This document shows positions 1 to 8,388 of a stretch of 48,937 bases of DNA, piece by piece. Both the position numbers and the translations under genes were made by a program. The stretch is from an uncultured Enterocloster sp. (GTDB taxonomy: Bacteria > Bacillota > Clostridia > Lachnospirales > Lachnospiraceae): assembly GCA_944376135.1 (NCBI GenBank), contig CALWBS010000235.1:1-48937 (forward strand), in the 5' to 3' direction. The notes under the pieces are model-generated. The model was not told where the DNA came from. It saw only the letters and a list, made by a program, of their open reading frames with translations, and made no database searches. Every line of letters begins with the position of its first letter. Within the stretch, counting starts at the first letter, position 1.

Positions 1-2356
1 ACATCATTCCCTCAATCTTCATTGTCTTTGTCATTGTCTTAACCTCCTTGTTGGCTTTTCCTTTCATCTTTTTATCTTTTCCAGCGTCATACAGGCGGAA
101 GAAATTCAGCCTGAGCGCGTTGGTAACTACACAGAAACTGGACAGGCTCATGGCCGCCGCTCCGAACATGGGATTTAACTTCCAGCCAAAGAGGTTGATA
201 AACAACCCTGCGGCCAGAGGAATCCCAATGGCATTGTAGAAAAAGGCCCAGAACAGGTTCTCATGGATGTTGCGCAGGGCCGCCCGGCTTAAACGGATGG
301 CCGCAGGCACATCGCTCAGACGGCTTTTCATGAGGACTACATCTGCGGCGTCAATGGCCACGTCCGTGCCCGCTCCGATGGCAATGCCGATGTCCGCACG
401 GGTCAGTGCCGGGGCGTCATTGATGCCGTCGCCCACCATAGCCACCTTGCCTCTGGATTTCAAGGAGCGGATCACACTCTCCTTGCCGTCCGGGAGAACG
501 CCGGCGATCACCTGGTCAACCCCTGCCTGGCGTCCGATGGCCCGGGCTGTGCGCTCATTGTCCCCGGTGAGCATTACCACCTGGATGCCCATATTCTGCA
601 GTTCGCGCACGGCCTGGGGACTGTCCTCCTTGATCACGTCAGCCACCGCGATAATACCCATGAGGGCATCATCCCTGCTGAAGAACAGAGGCGTCTTCCC
701 CTCCTCCGCCAAAGCCTGGGCCTTTGCGGCCAGATCCCCGGGGATTCCCGTGATAAACCGGCTGTTTCCGCCTTTGAGCACAGAGCCGTCCAGGACAGCG
801 GTCAGGCCGTTTCCGGGAAGGGCCTTAAAATCCGTAACCTCCCGGGCCGCAAGCTCCTCCTCTCTGGCCCTTTCCAGGATCGCCCGGGAAAGAGGATGCT
901 CACTCTTTTGCTCCAGAGCGTAAGCCATCGCAAGAAGTTCCTGCTCTGTCACATGCTCTGCGGGGATAATATCCGTCACTTTTGGCTCACCGCTTGTGAT
1001 GGTTCCCGTCTTATCCAACGCCACGATCTGTGTCTTTCCCGTTTCCTCCAAGGAAACCGCTGTCTTAAAGAGGATTCCGTTCTTTGCCCCCAGTCCATTG
1101 CCCACCATGATAGCCACCGGGGTGGCCAGCCCCAGAGCGCAGGGGCAGCTGATTACCAGCACGGAAATTCCCCTTGCCAGGGCAAAGCCCACCGTCTGTC
1201 CGGCCAGCAGCCAGCCGATAATGGTAACCACCGCTATAGTGATCACCGCAGGGACAAAGACGCCCGATACCTTATCCGCCACTTTGGCAATAGGCGCCTT
1301 GGTAGCCGCCGCGTCACTGACCATCTGGATGATCTGGGACAATGTGGTATCCTCGCCCACCCGGGTGGCCTGGCAGCGGATAAATCCCGACTGGTTCAGC
1401 GTAGCCGCCGACACATGATCCCCTGCGGCCTTATCTACCGGGATGCTCTCTCCCGTGAGGGCTGATTCATTGACCGCACTGTTTCCCTCCAGCACCACGC
1501 CGTCCACCGGGATATTTTCGCCCGGACGCACAACGAAGATGTCTCCCTTATTTACCTGATCCACGGAGACCTCTGTCTCCACGCCGTCACGCACCACAAC
1601 AGCAGTCTTGGGAGCCAGCTTCATAAGCCCTTTTAACGCGTCCGTGGTCTTTCCTTTCGAGCGGGCCTCCAGCATCTTTCCCACAGTAATCAGGGTCAAA
1701 ATCATGGCCGCGGACTCAAAATAAAATTCATGCATGTAGGACATAACTCCCGCCATATCCCCTTTTGCCTGGGCATCCGTCATAGCGAACAGGGCATAGA
1801 CGCTGTACCCAAAGGACGCGCCGGATCCCAGGGCCACCAGAGTATCCATGTTGGGCGCCTTATGCCACAGGCTCTTAAAGCCGCTGATAAAGAACTTCTG
1901 GTTAATCACCATGATAATCACGGTGAGAAGAAGCTGAAGAAGCCCCATCGCTACATGGTTCTCCGCAAAGAACGCCGGCACCGGCCATCCCCACATCATA
2001 TGCCCCATGGAAAAATACATGAGTACAATCAAAAATCCCAGGGAGGTAAACAGCCGATGCTTCAGCACCGGAGTCTCCCTGTCTTTTAGGGCATCCTCTG
2101 CCGCTGCCAGGGCGGCGGATGCCCCGGCACTTCCCGCCTGGCCTGCCGCCTTGGCCCCGCCCTTGAGGGCTGCCCCATATCCGGCTTCTGTCACCGCCGC
2201 GATAATATCTGCGGCGGATGCCGTGCCCTCCACGCCCATAGAATTGGTGAGCAGGCTGACTGAGCAGGAGGTGACACCCGGCACCTTCGACACCGCCTTC
2301 TCTACTCTGGCGCTGCAGGCCGCACAACTCATACCTGTTACTGTATATTGTTCCAT
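1..2356 (-). CDS. copA: Copper-translocating P1B-type ATPase, 3' end runs off the window; N-terminal HMA domain and start of a C-terminal HMA domain
   Basis: Manual translation from ATG 2356: [20 protein letters not shown]; [16 protein letters not shown] and [12 protein letters not shown] motifs; ends ...[16 protein letters not shown] at the window edge; adjacent to csoR. Not in the ORF track because no stop lies in the window. Confidence 0.95.
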   Translation of the reverse strand, partial: MEQYTVTGMSCAACSARVEKAVSKVPGVTSCSVSLLTNSMGVEGTASAADIIAAVTEAGYGAALKGGAKAAGQAGSAGASAALAAAEDALKDRETPVLKHRLFTSLGFLIVLMYFSMGHMMWGWPVPAFFAENHVAMGLLQLLLTVIIMVINQKFFISGFKSLWHKAPNMDTLVALGSGASFGYSVYALFAMTDAQAKGDMAGVMSYMHEFYFESAAMILTLITVGKMLEARSKGKTTDALKGLMKLAPKTAVVVRDGVETEVSVDQVNKGDIFVVRPGENIPVDGVVLEGNSAVNESALTGESIPVDKAAGDHVSAATLNQSGFIRCQATRVGEDTTLSQIIQMVSDAAATKAPIAKVADKVSGVFVPAVITIAVVTIIGWLLAGQTVGFALARGISVLVISCPCALGLATPVAIMVGNGLGAKNGILFKTAVSLEETGKTQIVALDKTGTITSGEPKVTDIIPAEHVTEQELLAMAYALEQKSEHPLSRAILERAREEELAAREVTDFKALPGNGLTAVLDGSVLKGGNSRFITGIPGDLAAKAQALAEEGKTPLFFSRDDALMGIIAVADVIKEDSPQAVRELQNMGIQVVMLTGDNERTARAIGRQAGVDQVIAGVLPDGKESVIRSLKSRGKVAMVGDGINDAPALTRADIGIAIGAGTDVAIDAADVVLMKSRLSDVPAAIRLSRAALRNIHENLFWAFFYNAIGIPLAAGLFINLFGWKLNPMFGAAAMSLSSFCVVTNALRLNFFRLYDAGKDKKMKGKANKEVKTMTKTMKIEGMM

Positions 2357-2374
2357 AAAATCAACAACCTCCCT

Positions 2375-2680
2375 CTAACGCATCAGTTTCTGAAGGGTAA
2401 CTACCAGCTCATCTATCGTCTCATCCTTTCCCTCCCGAATATCCCGGGCCACGCAGGTGCGGATGTGATTTGCCAGAAGCACCTTGTTAAAGCTGTTTAA
2501 CGCTGCATTGGCAGCAGCCACTTGTGTCAGTATATCCGTACAGTAGGCATTTTTTTCAACCATGCCCTTGATTCCCCGAATCTGTCCCTCAATCCGGTTC
2601 AGACGGTGAATCAGATCTTTATATTCTTTCTCAGAGCGCTCCTTGGTCTTGTGGGAGCAGCAGCTCTTTTCTTCTTCCAT
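2375..2680 (-). CDS. csoR: CsoR/RcnR-family metal-sensing repressor
   Basis: RLNRIEGQIRGI, YCTDILTQV and NHIRTCV give the Cys-His-Cys copper ligands; directly upstream of copA. Confidence 0.95.
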   Translation of the reverse strand: MEEEKSCCSHKTKERSEKEYKDLIHRLNRIEGQIRGIKGMVEKNAYCTDILTQVAAANAALNSFNKVLLANHIRTCVARDIREGKDETIDELVVTLQKLMR

Positions 2681-2758
2681 CTGCGAAAACCTGCCTTTCC
2701 GGCGCTTCCTCTCCCATCTCTTCGGACGGATTTTCTATCCCGCGCCTTTTATGGCTAT

Positions 2759-2787
2759 AGTATATACCCCTATAGGGTATATGTCAA
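2759..2787 (-). promoter_or_regulatory. sigmaA promoter of csoR-copA with CsoR operator in the spacer
   Basis: Minus strand TTGACA (2787-2782), 17 nt, TATACT (2764-2759); pseudo-palindrome ATATACCC-CTATA-GGGTATAT at 2762-2782 matches the C/G-tract CsoR operator type. Confidence 0.9.
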
Positions 2788-2877
2788 GAGTGAAACACTT
2801 CTGCTTTCATTGAATATTTTTGGACTGAATACTTTTGACACATTTTCCAGTTTTGTTCAATTTCCTACAGTTCAAAG

Positions 2878-2905
2878 AAAAAAAGCCGGCCATTACGCCG
2901 ACTTT
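2878..2905 (-). terminator. Intrinsic terminator upstream of the csoR promoter
   Basis: Minus strand AAAGTCGGC-gtaatg-GCCGGCTTT followed by a T-run. Confidence 0.6.
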
Positions 2906-2992
2906 CTCCCTTAACTCACCATCCAAACCATTCTTTGGGATCACGTCCATAAATAGAAAACTGTTCGCCAGACATGTCTGAGGTTTTAACTA

Positions 2993-3178
2993 ATGAAATC
3001 AAAAACCGTTCGATTTACACTGCGAATTCAAATGGAATTGCTAAAGAAATTTCAAGTTATAGCTGATTATAATGGACGATCTGCGAATCGAGAGCTTAAA
3101 ATTTTACTGCGAAAATATGTCAGCCATTTTGAAAAATTACATGGCAGCATTAACTTAGATAATCTTGATCCGTTCTAA
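2993..3178 (+). CDS. Arc-family ribbon-helix-helix DNA-binding protein, copy 1
   Basis: RFTLRI beta-ribbon then IADYNGRSANREL helix motif typical of Arc/Mnt; GAGGT SD upstream. Confidence 0.85.
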   Translation: MKSKTVRFTLRIQMELLKKFQVIADYNGRSANRELKILLRKYVSHFEKLHGSINLDNLDPF

Positions 3179-3299
3179 ACAAGGTACTGTTAAAAACGTT
3201 TTTATGAAACCACTTTGATATCACCTTGGCCTTTTGCTGTCGTTTTAATGCTATAATGTTTTCACTTCAAATGAAACATTTACGTCAAGGAGATCTACA

Positions 3300-3470
3300 A
3301 TGGCTTCAAATTTACCGCAATTTACTGTTCGGATCAATCCTGAACTATTAAAAAAGTTTCGCCTTGTCGCTGATTATAATGGCCGCTCTGCCAATCGAGA
3401 AATCGAAATTTTAATACGAAATCATGTAGCTGCATTTGAAAAAGAGCACGGCAAAATAGAGCTTGATTAG
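3300..3470 (+). CDS. Arc-family ribbon-helix-helix DNA-binding protein, copy 2 (56 aa, not in ORF track)
   Basis: Manual translation MASNLPQFTVRINPELLKKFRLVADYNGRSANREIEILIRNHVAAFEKEHGKIELD*; AAGGAG SD at 3287-3292; extended -10 TGCTATAAT at 3249-3257. Confidence 0.88.
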   Translation: MASNLPQFTVRINPELLKKFRLVADYNGRSANREIEILIRNHVAAFEKEHGKIELD

Positions 3471-3629
3471 AGCGTGTTTGAAAATTGCTTTCTGCCAGAT
3501 GTGCGTTCCACTTTGTGGGAGTTTGGGGCCGAATGAAGGAGGCGCAGTGGGCTGCGCTGACTGAATTCGGCCCCAAGATGCCGCGAAGTGGGGCGTGCAG
3601 ATGGCGGGAATGAATTTTCAAACACGCTC
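3470..3629. mobile_element. MITE/REP-like non-autonomous element with 17-bp perfect terminal inverted repeats
   Basis: GAGCGTGTTTGAAAATT (3470-3486) / AATTTTCAAACACGCTC (3613-3629); nested internal IRs TTGGGGCCGAAT/ATTCGGCCCCAA and GCGCAG/CTGCGC. Confidence 0.75.
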
Positions 3630-3633
3630 CTTT

Positions 3634-5037
3634 TTACTCGCTCTCCCCCGATGACCGCCACCCCAAAATCCGCACCAGCACCTGCCGCGGGTTGGGATAC
3701 GCGCTGACCGGGAAGTCCTTCACATCTGAAGTGTTGGAATGAATCAGATAGTCCACCGTACGCCCCTGTGCATTCTGCACCACTTTAGAAATGAGGACGG
3801 AATGATTCAAATCATGGGCAGGGCCCATGAGAATCACGTCGCCCACATTGCCTTCCCAGTAAGAGCCGTCCGTCCGGGCCGCCAGGCCGTACCCCTCATT
3901 TTCCCGAACATATTGATAGAAGGCATCCACATTAATCCAGGAGGCGGAACATCCTCTGTCTTCCTCCCGCTCATTGACACCCTCTCCGTACCATTTCCAC
4001 ACCGCATCTCCCCGGGTGTCCATGGGAATGCCCCCAGCGTACAGGCACTGGGAGACAAAATTCTGGCAGTTTCCTCCCTGACGGCTGTAATCCCACCAGT
4101 CCGCATTCCTCTGTCCCACAAACGAAGCGCCGTAAGACGCAGCGGCCTCCCTGTCATAGGGTATGAGCTGCCCCGCTCCGGCGGATTCCTCCTCCCGGGA
4201 CCCCTCTGCACGCTGCGCCGGCGGGTTATCCTGTCTGCTCCTGTTTTCCAGCCGAAGCTCCCGCTCCGCTCTGGCCTCCTCCAAAAGCGTCTCCCGCCGC
4301 GCCGCAAAGTAAGCCTCCCCGTCTGTCAGTTCCTCCAGACCGTCTTCCCCCAGTTCCCGAATCATATTCCAGAAAATCCCGTCCCACTGGGTATGCCCTT
4401 TGATGAGCCACCTTCCATTTTCCTGTACAAGATCAAAGGTATGCCGGATTCCATAGAGAATGGAATCCACCTCGGGATGCTCCGCAAAATTCTGAGTACT
4501 GGTCTCCGTAAGCGTGATTCGGCGGGAGTTCTCCTCATCTCCCGAAATTTCCGCGGATTCCTCCAGAACCAGCTCCGACCGATAGCCCGCCAGCCGCAGG
4601 TCTGTCTGCTGCATGGAGCGCAGGCCAATGAGATACGCCATGGCCTGCTCATGCAGATCTCTCCATACCCCTGCATCCGAGGCAAAGAGCTCCGAAAAAT
4701 CCGGCTCCTCAAAGGTCACCAAGGCTTCATAATATTGGGAAAGATACTCCTCTATGAGGGCCCTCTGTCCGTCGGAAAGCTCCCCTGAAAGGCCGCCCGT
4801 CTCCTCATCCGTCCAGACAATTTCGGAGACCGGATGGACAGCGGCATCGCCCTGGGAGGGGGACGACGGCTGATTCTGCTCCCTGCCGGGCGATATCTGG
4901 ACCGCTTCCCTCGTCCTTCGCGGCGCGCAGCCTCCCAGAGCCAGGGACAGAAGGAGCAGCAAGAGAATCAGAAAAAGGACAGGAACAGGCAGAACATTCC
5001 CGCCGGAATGCATCTTCTCTCTGCCCATCCTGTCCAT
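3634..5037 (-). CDS. Putative lipoprotein with C-terminal putative amidase domain (Amidase_6/YhbB-like)
   Basis: Hydrophobic signal ending LALGGC; C-terminal YDREAAASY...GGNCQNFVSQCLYAGG and later His (NHSVLI). Confidence 0.8.
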   Translation of the reverse strand: MDRMGREKMHSGGNVLPVPVLFLILLLLLLSLALGGCAPRRTREAVQISPGREQNQPSSPSQGDAAVHPVSEIVWTDEETGGLSGELSDGQRALIEEYLSQYYEALVTFEEPDFSELFASDAGVWRDLHEQAMAYLIGLRSMQQTDLRLAGYRSELVLEESAEISGDEENSRRITLTETSTQNFAEHPEVDSILYGIRHTFDLVQENGRWLIKGHTQWDGIFWNMIRELGEDGLEELTDGEAYFAARRETLLEEARAERELRLENRSRQDNPPAQRAEGSREEESAGAGQLIPYDREAAASYGASFVGQRNADWWDYSRQGGNCQNFVSQCLYAGGIPMDTRGDAVWKWYGEGVNEREEDRGCSASWINVDAFYQYVRENEGYGLAARTDGSYWEGNVGDVILMGPAHDLNHSVLISKVVQNAQGRTVDYLIHSNTSDVKDFPVSAYPNPRQVLVRILGWRSSGESE

Positions 5038-5110
5038 CTCTTTTGTCCTCCCTTATTTCTTATCACCCGTCAAAGGAATGTCCTCGAAACGCTCACGCAA
5101 TGATTGGGCC

Positions 5111-6208
5111 TCAGTCCCGTGCCGCCCTCTCCCGCAGCCGGGCCATGGCCGCATCCAGCATCTCCTTCGTCACCCGGTAGGGATAATGGGCCACATCGGA
5201 CATATCCGGAATGCGGGTCTCGCATTCCTCCCACTGTTCTTCGGTGATCTCGATCTCCTCCAGGGAAACCGGAAGTCCCAGGGCCCGGTTCAGCCGGTAA
5301 ATCGCCTCAAACTCCTCCTCATCCTTATCCACCAGAAGGGCCAGCAGGACGCCGAATCCCACCACCTCTCCGTGCAGATGCCGCTCCTCAATCACCGGAT
5401 AGGAAGTCATGGCGTAAAAAACTGCATGGGCCAGGCCGCTGTTGTAATCCGGCGTGTAATCCTTGGTCAAAAAGATGGATGCGATTCCCGTGGTCACCAC
5501 GATAGCCAGCACCACCTGCTCCACATCGTAGGTACAGAGCCCTTTTTTGTGATCCTCCAGGGCCTTAGGGCCATACTGGAGCAGGGGATCCCTGCACATG
5601 CGGCTGACAGCCACGCCCAGGGCGGTGAAGTGCTCCAGGCGCTCATCCCTGGAAGAGATGGCCGCCTCATAGTATTTCGCGTAGGTGTCCCCGCTTCCCG
5701 CCCACATGTACTGGCTGGGTGCTTTTGCGATAATTTCCGTGTCAATGAAAGAGTGCATAACCGGCCTTACGAAAAAATTGGGCCGTAAAAAGGTTCCGTC
5801 CTCATTGTACATAATGGAGACCGAGGTGCAGGCCGAACAGTTGGAAGCGATTGTGGGGAATGCAAACACCGGCTTGTCATCCGTAATGCACAGGCATTTC
5901 ACCGTGTCAAGGGCCTTTCCTCCGCCCACGCCAAAGACCATGTCCGCCTCATGGTACAGCGGCAGGGCCCGAAGCTTCTCCACCGTCTCATAGGTACAAT
6001 TTTCCCCGTACAGCTCCACGCCGATGATCTCAAGGTTTGTCTTCTCCACGTAGGAGCGTATCTTCTCATAAGCCGCGTTTAAGGCTTTCCTGCCGCCGAT
6101 CACCAGGACCTTCTTCCCATAGGATTCACACACCGGTCCGATCTTGTCATAAATCGTATCGCCGATCGAATAATTTGGCAGGTGCACTTCGTAATTTTCC
6201 AGTTTCAT
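5111..6208 (-). CDS. Iron-containing alcohol dehydrogenase family, glycerol-dehydrogenase-like
   Basis: GVGGGKALDTVK, PTIAS, GLAHA and HLHGEVVGFG motifs. Confidence 0.9.
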   Translation of the reverse strand: MKLENYEVHLPNYSIGDTIYDKIGPVCESYGKKVLVIGGRKALNAAYEKIRSYVEKTNLEIIGVELYGENCTYETVEKLRALPLYHEADMVFGVGGGKALDTVKCLCITDDKPVFAFPTIASNCSACTSVSIMYNEDGTFLRPNFFVRPVMHSFIDTEIIAKAPSQYMWAGSGDTYAKYYEAAISSRDERLEHFTALGVAVSRMCRDPLLQYGPKALEDHKKGLCTYDVEQVVLAIVVTTGIASIFLTKDYTPDYNSGLAHAVFYAMTSYPVIEERHLHGEVVGFGVLLALLVDKDEEEFEAIYRLNRALGLPVSLEEIEITEEQWEECETRIPDMSDVAHYPYRVTKEMLDAAMARLRERAARD

Positions 6209-6271
6209 ACGTCCTATCTCCTTTCTGATTCACAAAAGGGATTGGGGCATTTCATAAAACAAAAAGAAACA

Positions 6272-6548
6272 CAAAAACAGCCCTTGTCCCTTAAAAAATG
6301 CAGGGACAAGAGCTGTGATTATCCAAAACTCCTGCGGTGCCACCCGGCTTGATGTAATTTACATCCACTCACGCATACTGACATATGCTTCCTTTGATAA
6401 CGGAGTCCTGTCTCCGGCTCACCTACTCTTCGTTCAGCTCGCCCTCAGAAGTCCATTCACCCCAAGTCCGTTCTGCCGCGCTCCCACCGTCCGCGGCTCT
6501 CTGTGAGACGTCCATTGAAGCTACTTGCTCTTCCTCATTGGTTTACAT
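6272..6548 (-). ncRNA. T-box riboswitch (specifier AUG/Met or UGG/Trp)
   Basis: Minus strand: AAGTAG loop-E side, AGAGAG and GGTGGGAG apical motifs, GAATGGAC specifier loop, AGTA and CCGTTA stem II motifs, T-box AAGCCGGGTGGCACCGC (6350-6334), terminator CAGCTCTTGTCCCT/AGGGACAAGGGCTG + T-run (6315-6273). Confidence 0.93.
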
Positions 6549-6556
6549 AGTTATTT

Positions 6557-6711
6557 GCAGCTGTTCAGGACGGCACATCTTCTTGCCCGGCCAAAGGCCG
6601 GACAAGAAGCATCGGATGTCCAGCCGATGTGAAAACAGGGGCAAAAGCATGCTTATAAGCAAGCTTAACGCCTGGTTTTGCCCCTGTTTTCCCGCCGTCC
6701 TGAACTGTTAC
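6557..6711. repeat. Multi-branched palindromic intergenic element (REP-like)
   Basis: Outer arms GTTCAGGACGGC (6563-6574) / GCCGTCCTGAAC (6694-6705) enclose three hairpins: CTTCTTGCCCGGCC/GGCCGGACAAGAAG, CATCGG/CCGATG, GAAAACAGGGGCAAAA/TTTTGCCCCTGTTTTC. Confidence 0.7.
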
Positions 6712-6718
6712 AATCATT

Positions 6719-8002
6719 TTATTCTTTTTCGGCTAAAATGTCAATGATGGTTTTTTCCGTTTCCACCATTCCGGGCGAGGCAATCCGGCCCATGTTCCGC
6801 ATGGTCTGCTTAGGCGTGGAACCGTTGATGCCGTGGACGGAATAAATGTAGACACTCTGCATGGCCATGGCAGCCGACCGGTAGGCAGCGTCCACAGCGA
6901 CCACACCCTTCATAGCACAGCCCTGGTTGCCTCCGTCACAGATCATGCCCGTGATGCTGCTTGCCATATTGTTGATGGTATGGGTCATCATTTCCGTGGT
7001 GCCGTCCCGCAGGAACACCAGGCCGCAGGCCATGCCGGTACCGGCGGCGATGGCGCAGCCGCAGAAGGCTGACAGCTTGCCCGAGTATTCTTTTATATAC
7101 ATGCAGATCAGATAGCTCAATGCAGCGGCGCGCAAAAGCTTCTCCTCCGAATAGCCCTGCACCTTATAGGCAGCGTAGAGGGGCATGGTGGCAATGATGC
7201 CGTGGGCTCCCGACCCGGTGATGCTCATGGCCGGTTCCGGAAGGCCCAGCACCCGGGCCTCGATAGCGGCGTTGCAGAGCAGGGAGGCAGTCTTCTGCTC
7301 ATCATCGGAAATGACACGGCCGCCGTTCTCCGCGAGCAGGTAACGGGCGTAGGTGGTCTTGGGACTGTCAAGCCCCGCCTGGCAGAGCGCAAGATTCATC
7401 TCAAAAGCCTGCCGTATAAAAAGCAGTTCCTCCACCGGCACCGTTCGGGCGTAGGTGTGGAGCTCTTCCAGCGTATAATGATGAATTAAGGGCACTGCAT
7501 TTGTTTCACCGCCTGCCACTCCACCGGTCTGACCCGGCTTTTCATAGACCGTGCGGCTGTTCTCTGTAATTCGGACAATGTTGGTGTGGGCATCCTGTAT
7601 CTCTGCGGAAGCTTCCCCCTCATTGGTCTTCACAGTGGCCTTGATAAATATCCGGCTGGTAATCTCAGACATTTCCACCTTAATCTGCCCCGCCTTTACC
7701 ATGGCCTTGGCCCGAAGCGCTTGCTCCGGAGTAATGCCGTCCAGGCATTCCAAGCCCTTTTCCGGGTCCGCTCCCACTGCCCCCAGGGCGGCCGCGTGAG
7801 CATTTCCCACCTCATCGCTTCCGGGGATACCGCAGGTAAACGCATTCTTGAACATTCCGCTGTTCAGCTGCAGCTCAACCCCACGCACTGCTCCCTTTGT
7901 ATGCCGTCTGGCTGTGGCCACCGCAAAGGCAATGGCTCCCGGCTCCGTAACTCCCAGCGCAGGTTTCATATCCTGCCGGATTAATTCTGTCAATTCGTGC
8001 AT
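6719..8002 (-). CDS. L-cysteine desulfidase-like protein (CyuA/YhaM/CdsB, serine dehydratase alpha family)
   Basis: PALGVTEP N-terminus, GSGAHGI, KLSAFCGC and GMICDG...GCAMK cysteine motifs; start moved to ATG 8002 after GAAAGGAG. Confidence 0.85.
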   Translation of the reverse strand: MHELTELIRQDMKPALGVTEPGAIAFAVATARRHTKGAVRGVELQLNSGMFKNAFTCGIPGSDEVGNAHAAALGAVGADPEKGLECLDGITPEQALRAKAMVKAGQIKVEMSEITSRIFIKATVKTNEGEASAEIQDAHTNIVRITENSRTVYEKPGQTGGVAGGETNAVPLIHHYTLEELHTYARTVPVEELLFIRQAFEMNLALCQAGLDSPKTTYARYLLAENGGRVISDDEQKTASLLCNAAIEARVLGLPEPAMSITGSGAHGIIATMPLYAAYKVQGYSEEKLLRAAALSYLICMYIKEYSGKLSAFCGCAIAAGTGMACGLVFLRDGTTEMMTHTINNMASSITGMICDGGNQGCAMKGVVAVDAAYRSAAMAMQSVYIYSVHGINGSTPKQTMRNMGRIASPGMVETEKTIIDILAEKE

Positions 8003-8089
8003 TTGGTTCTCTCCTTTCTCCGCATTGCCAATAGCCCCCGGCACAGCGTACGGCTGCCCGGGGGAAACAAAAAAGACCTAACAGCAAAA

Positions 8090-8341
8090 TCATTCCAGAA
8101 TGTCGCTCAGGTTCAGCGTCATAGTACCGTCCTCCCGCACAAAGCAGGGAATGCCCAAACGCTGAGTGCCGCGGATTTCCGCGTAGAGAGAGCTGTTCTC
8201 GCGCATCTGCAGGTAGTCCCGCAGAACCGCGTGGCAGGAAAGAATATCTTTAAAATCCACCTCAGCGCCTGCTCCGGTCAGCCGGTTGAGCGCATAGAGG
8301 GTATCGGGACAGAGATGACTTCCAATTACTGTTACTTTCAT
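8090..8341 (-). CDS. Small glutaredoxin-like protein, monothiol CPDT motif
   Basis: GSHLCPDT active-site-like motif and GIPCFV cis-Pro loop; 83 aa. Confidence 0.8.
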   Translation of the reverse strand: MKVTVIGSHLCPDTLYALNRLTGAGAEVDFKDILSCHAVLRDYLQMRENSSLYAEIRGTQRLGIPCFVREDGTMTLNLSDILE

Positions 8342-8388
8342 AGTTTAGCACCGATCCTTTCTTAAAGTTATCTGCAATATGTAAGAGG

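Noticed and set aside
48-2378. Several plus-strand ORFs of 60-218 aa
   Set aside because: Antisense shadows of copA with no motifs or SD.
2993-3470. Arc genes as a toxin-antitoxin module or prophage remnant
   Set aside because: No toxin, integrase or phage gene adjacent.
3334-3661. Minus-strand ORFs 3334-3621 and 3467-3661
   Set aside because: They run through the inverted-repeat element and antisense to arc2; no recognisable protein.
8035-8064. GC hairpin between glutaredoxin and desulfidase genes
   Set aside because: No T-tract on the sense (minus) strand; at most an mRNA stabiliser.
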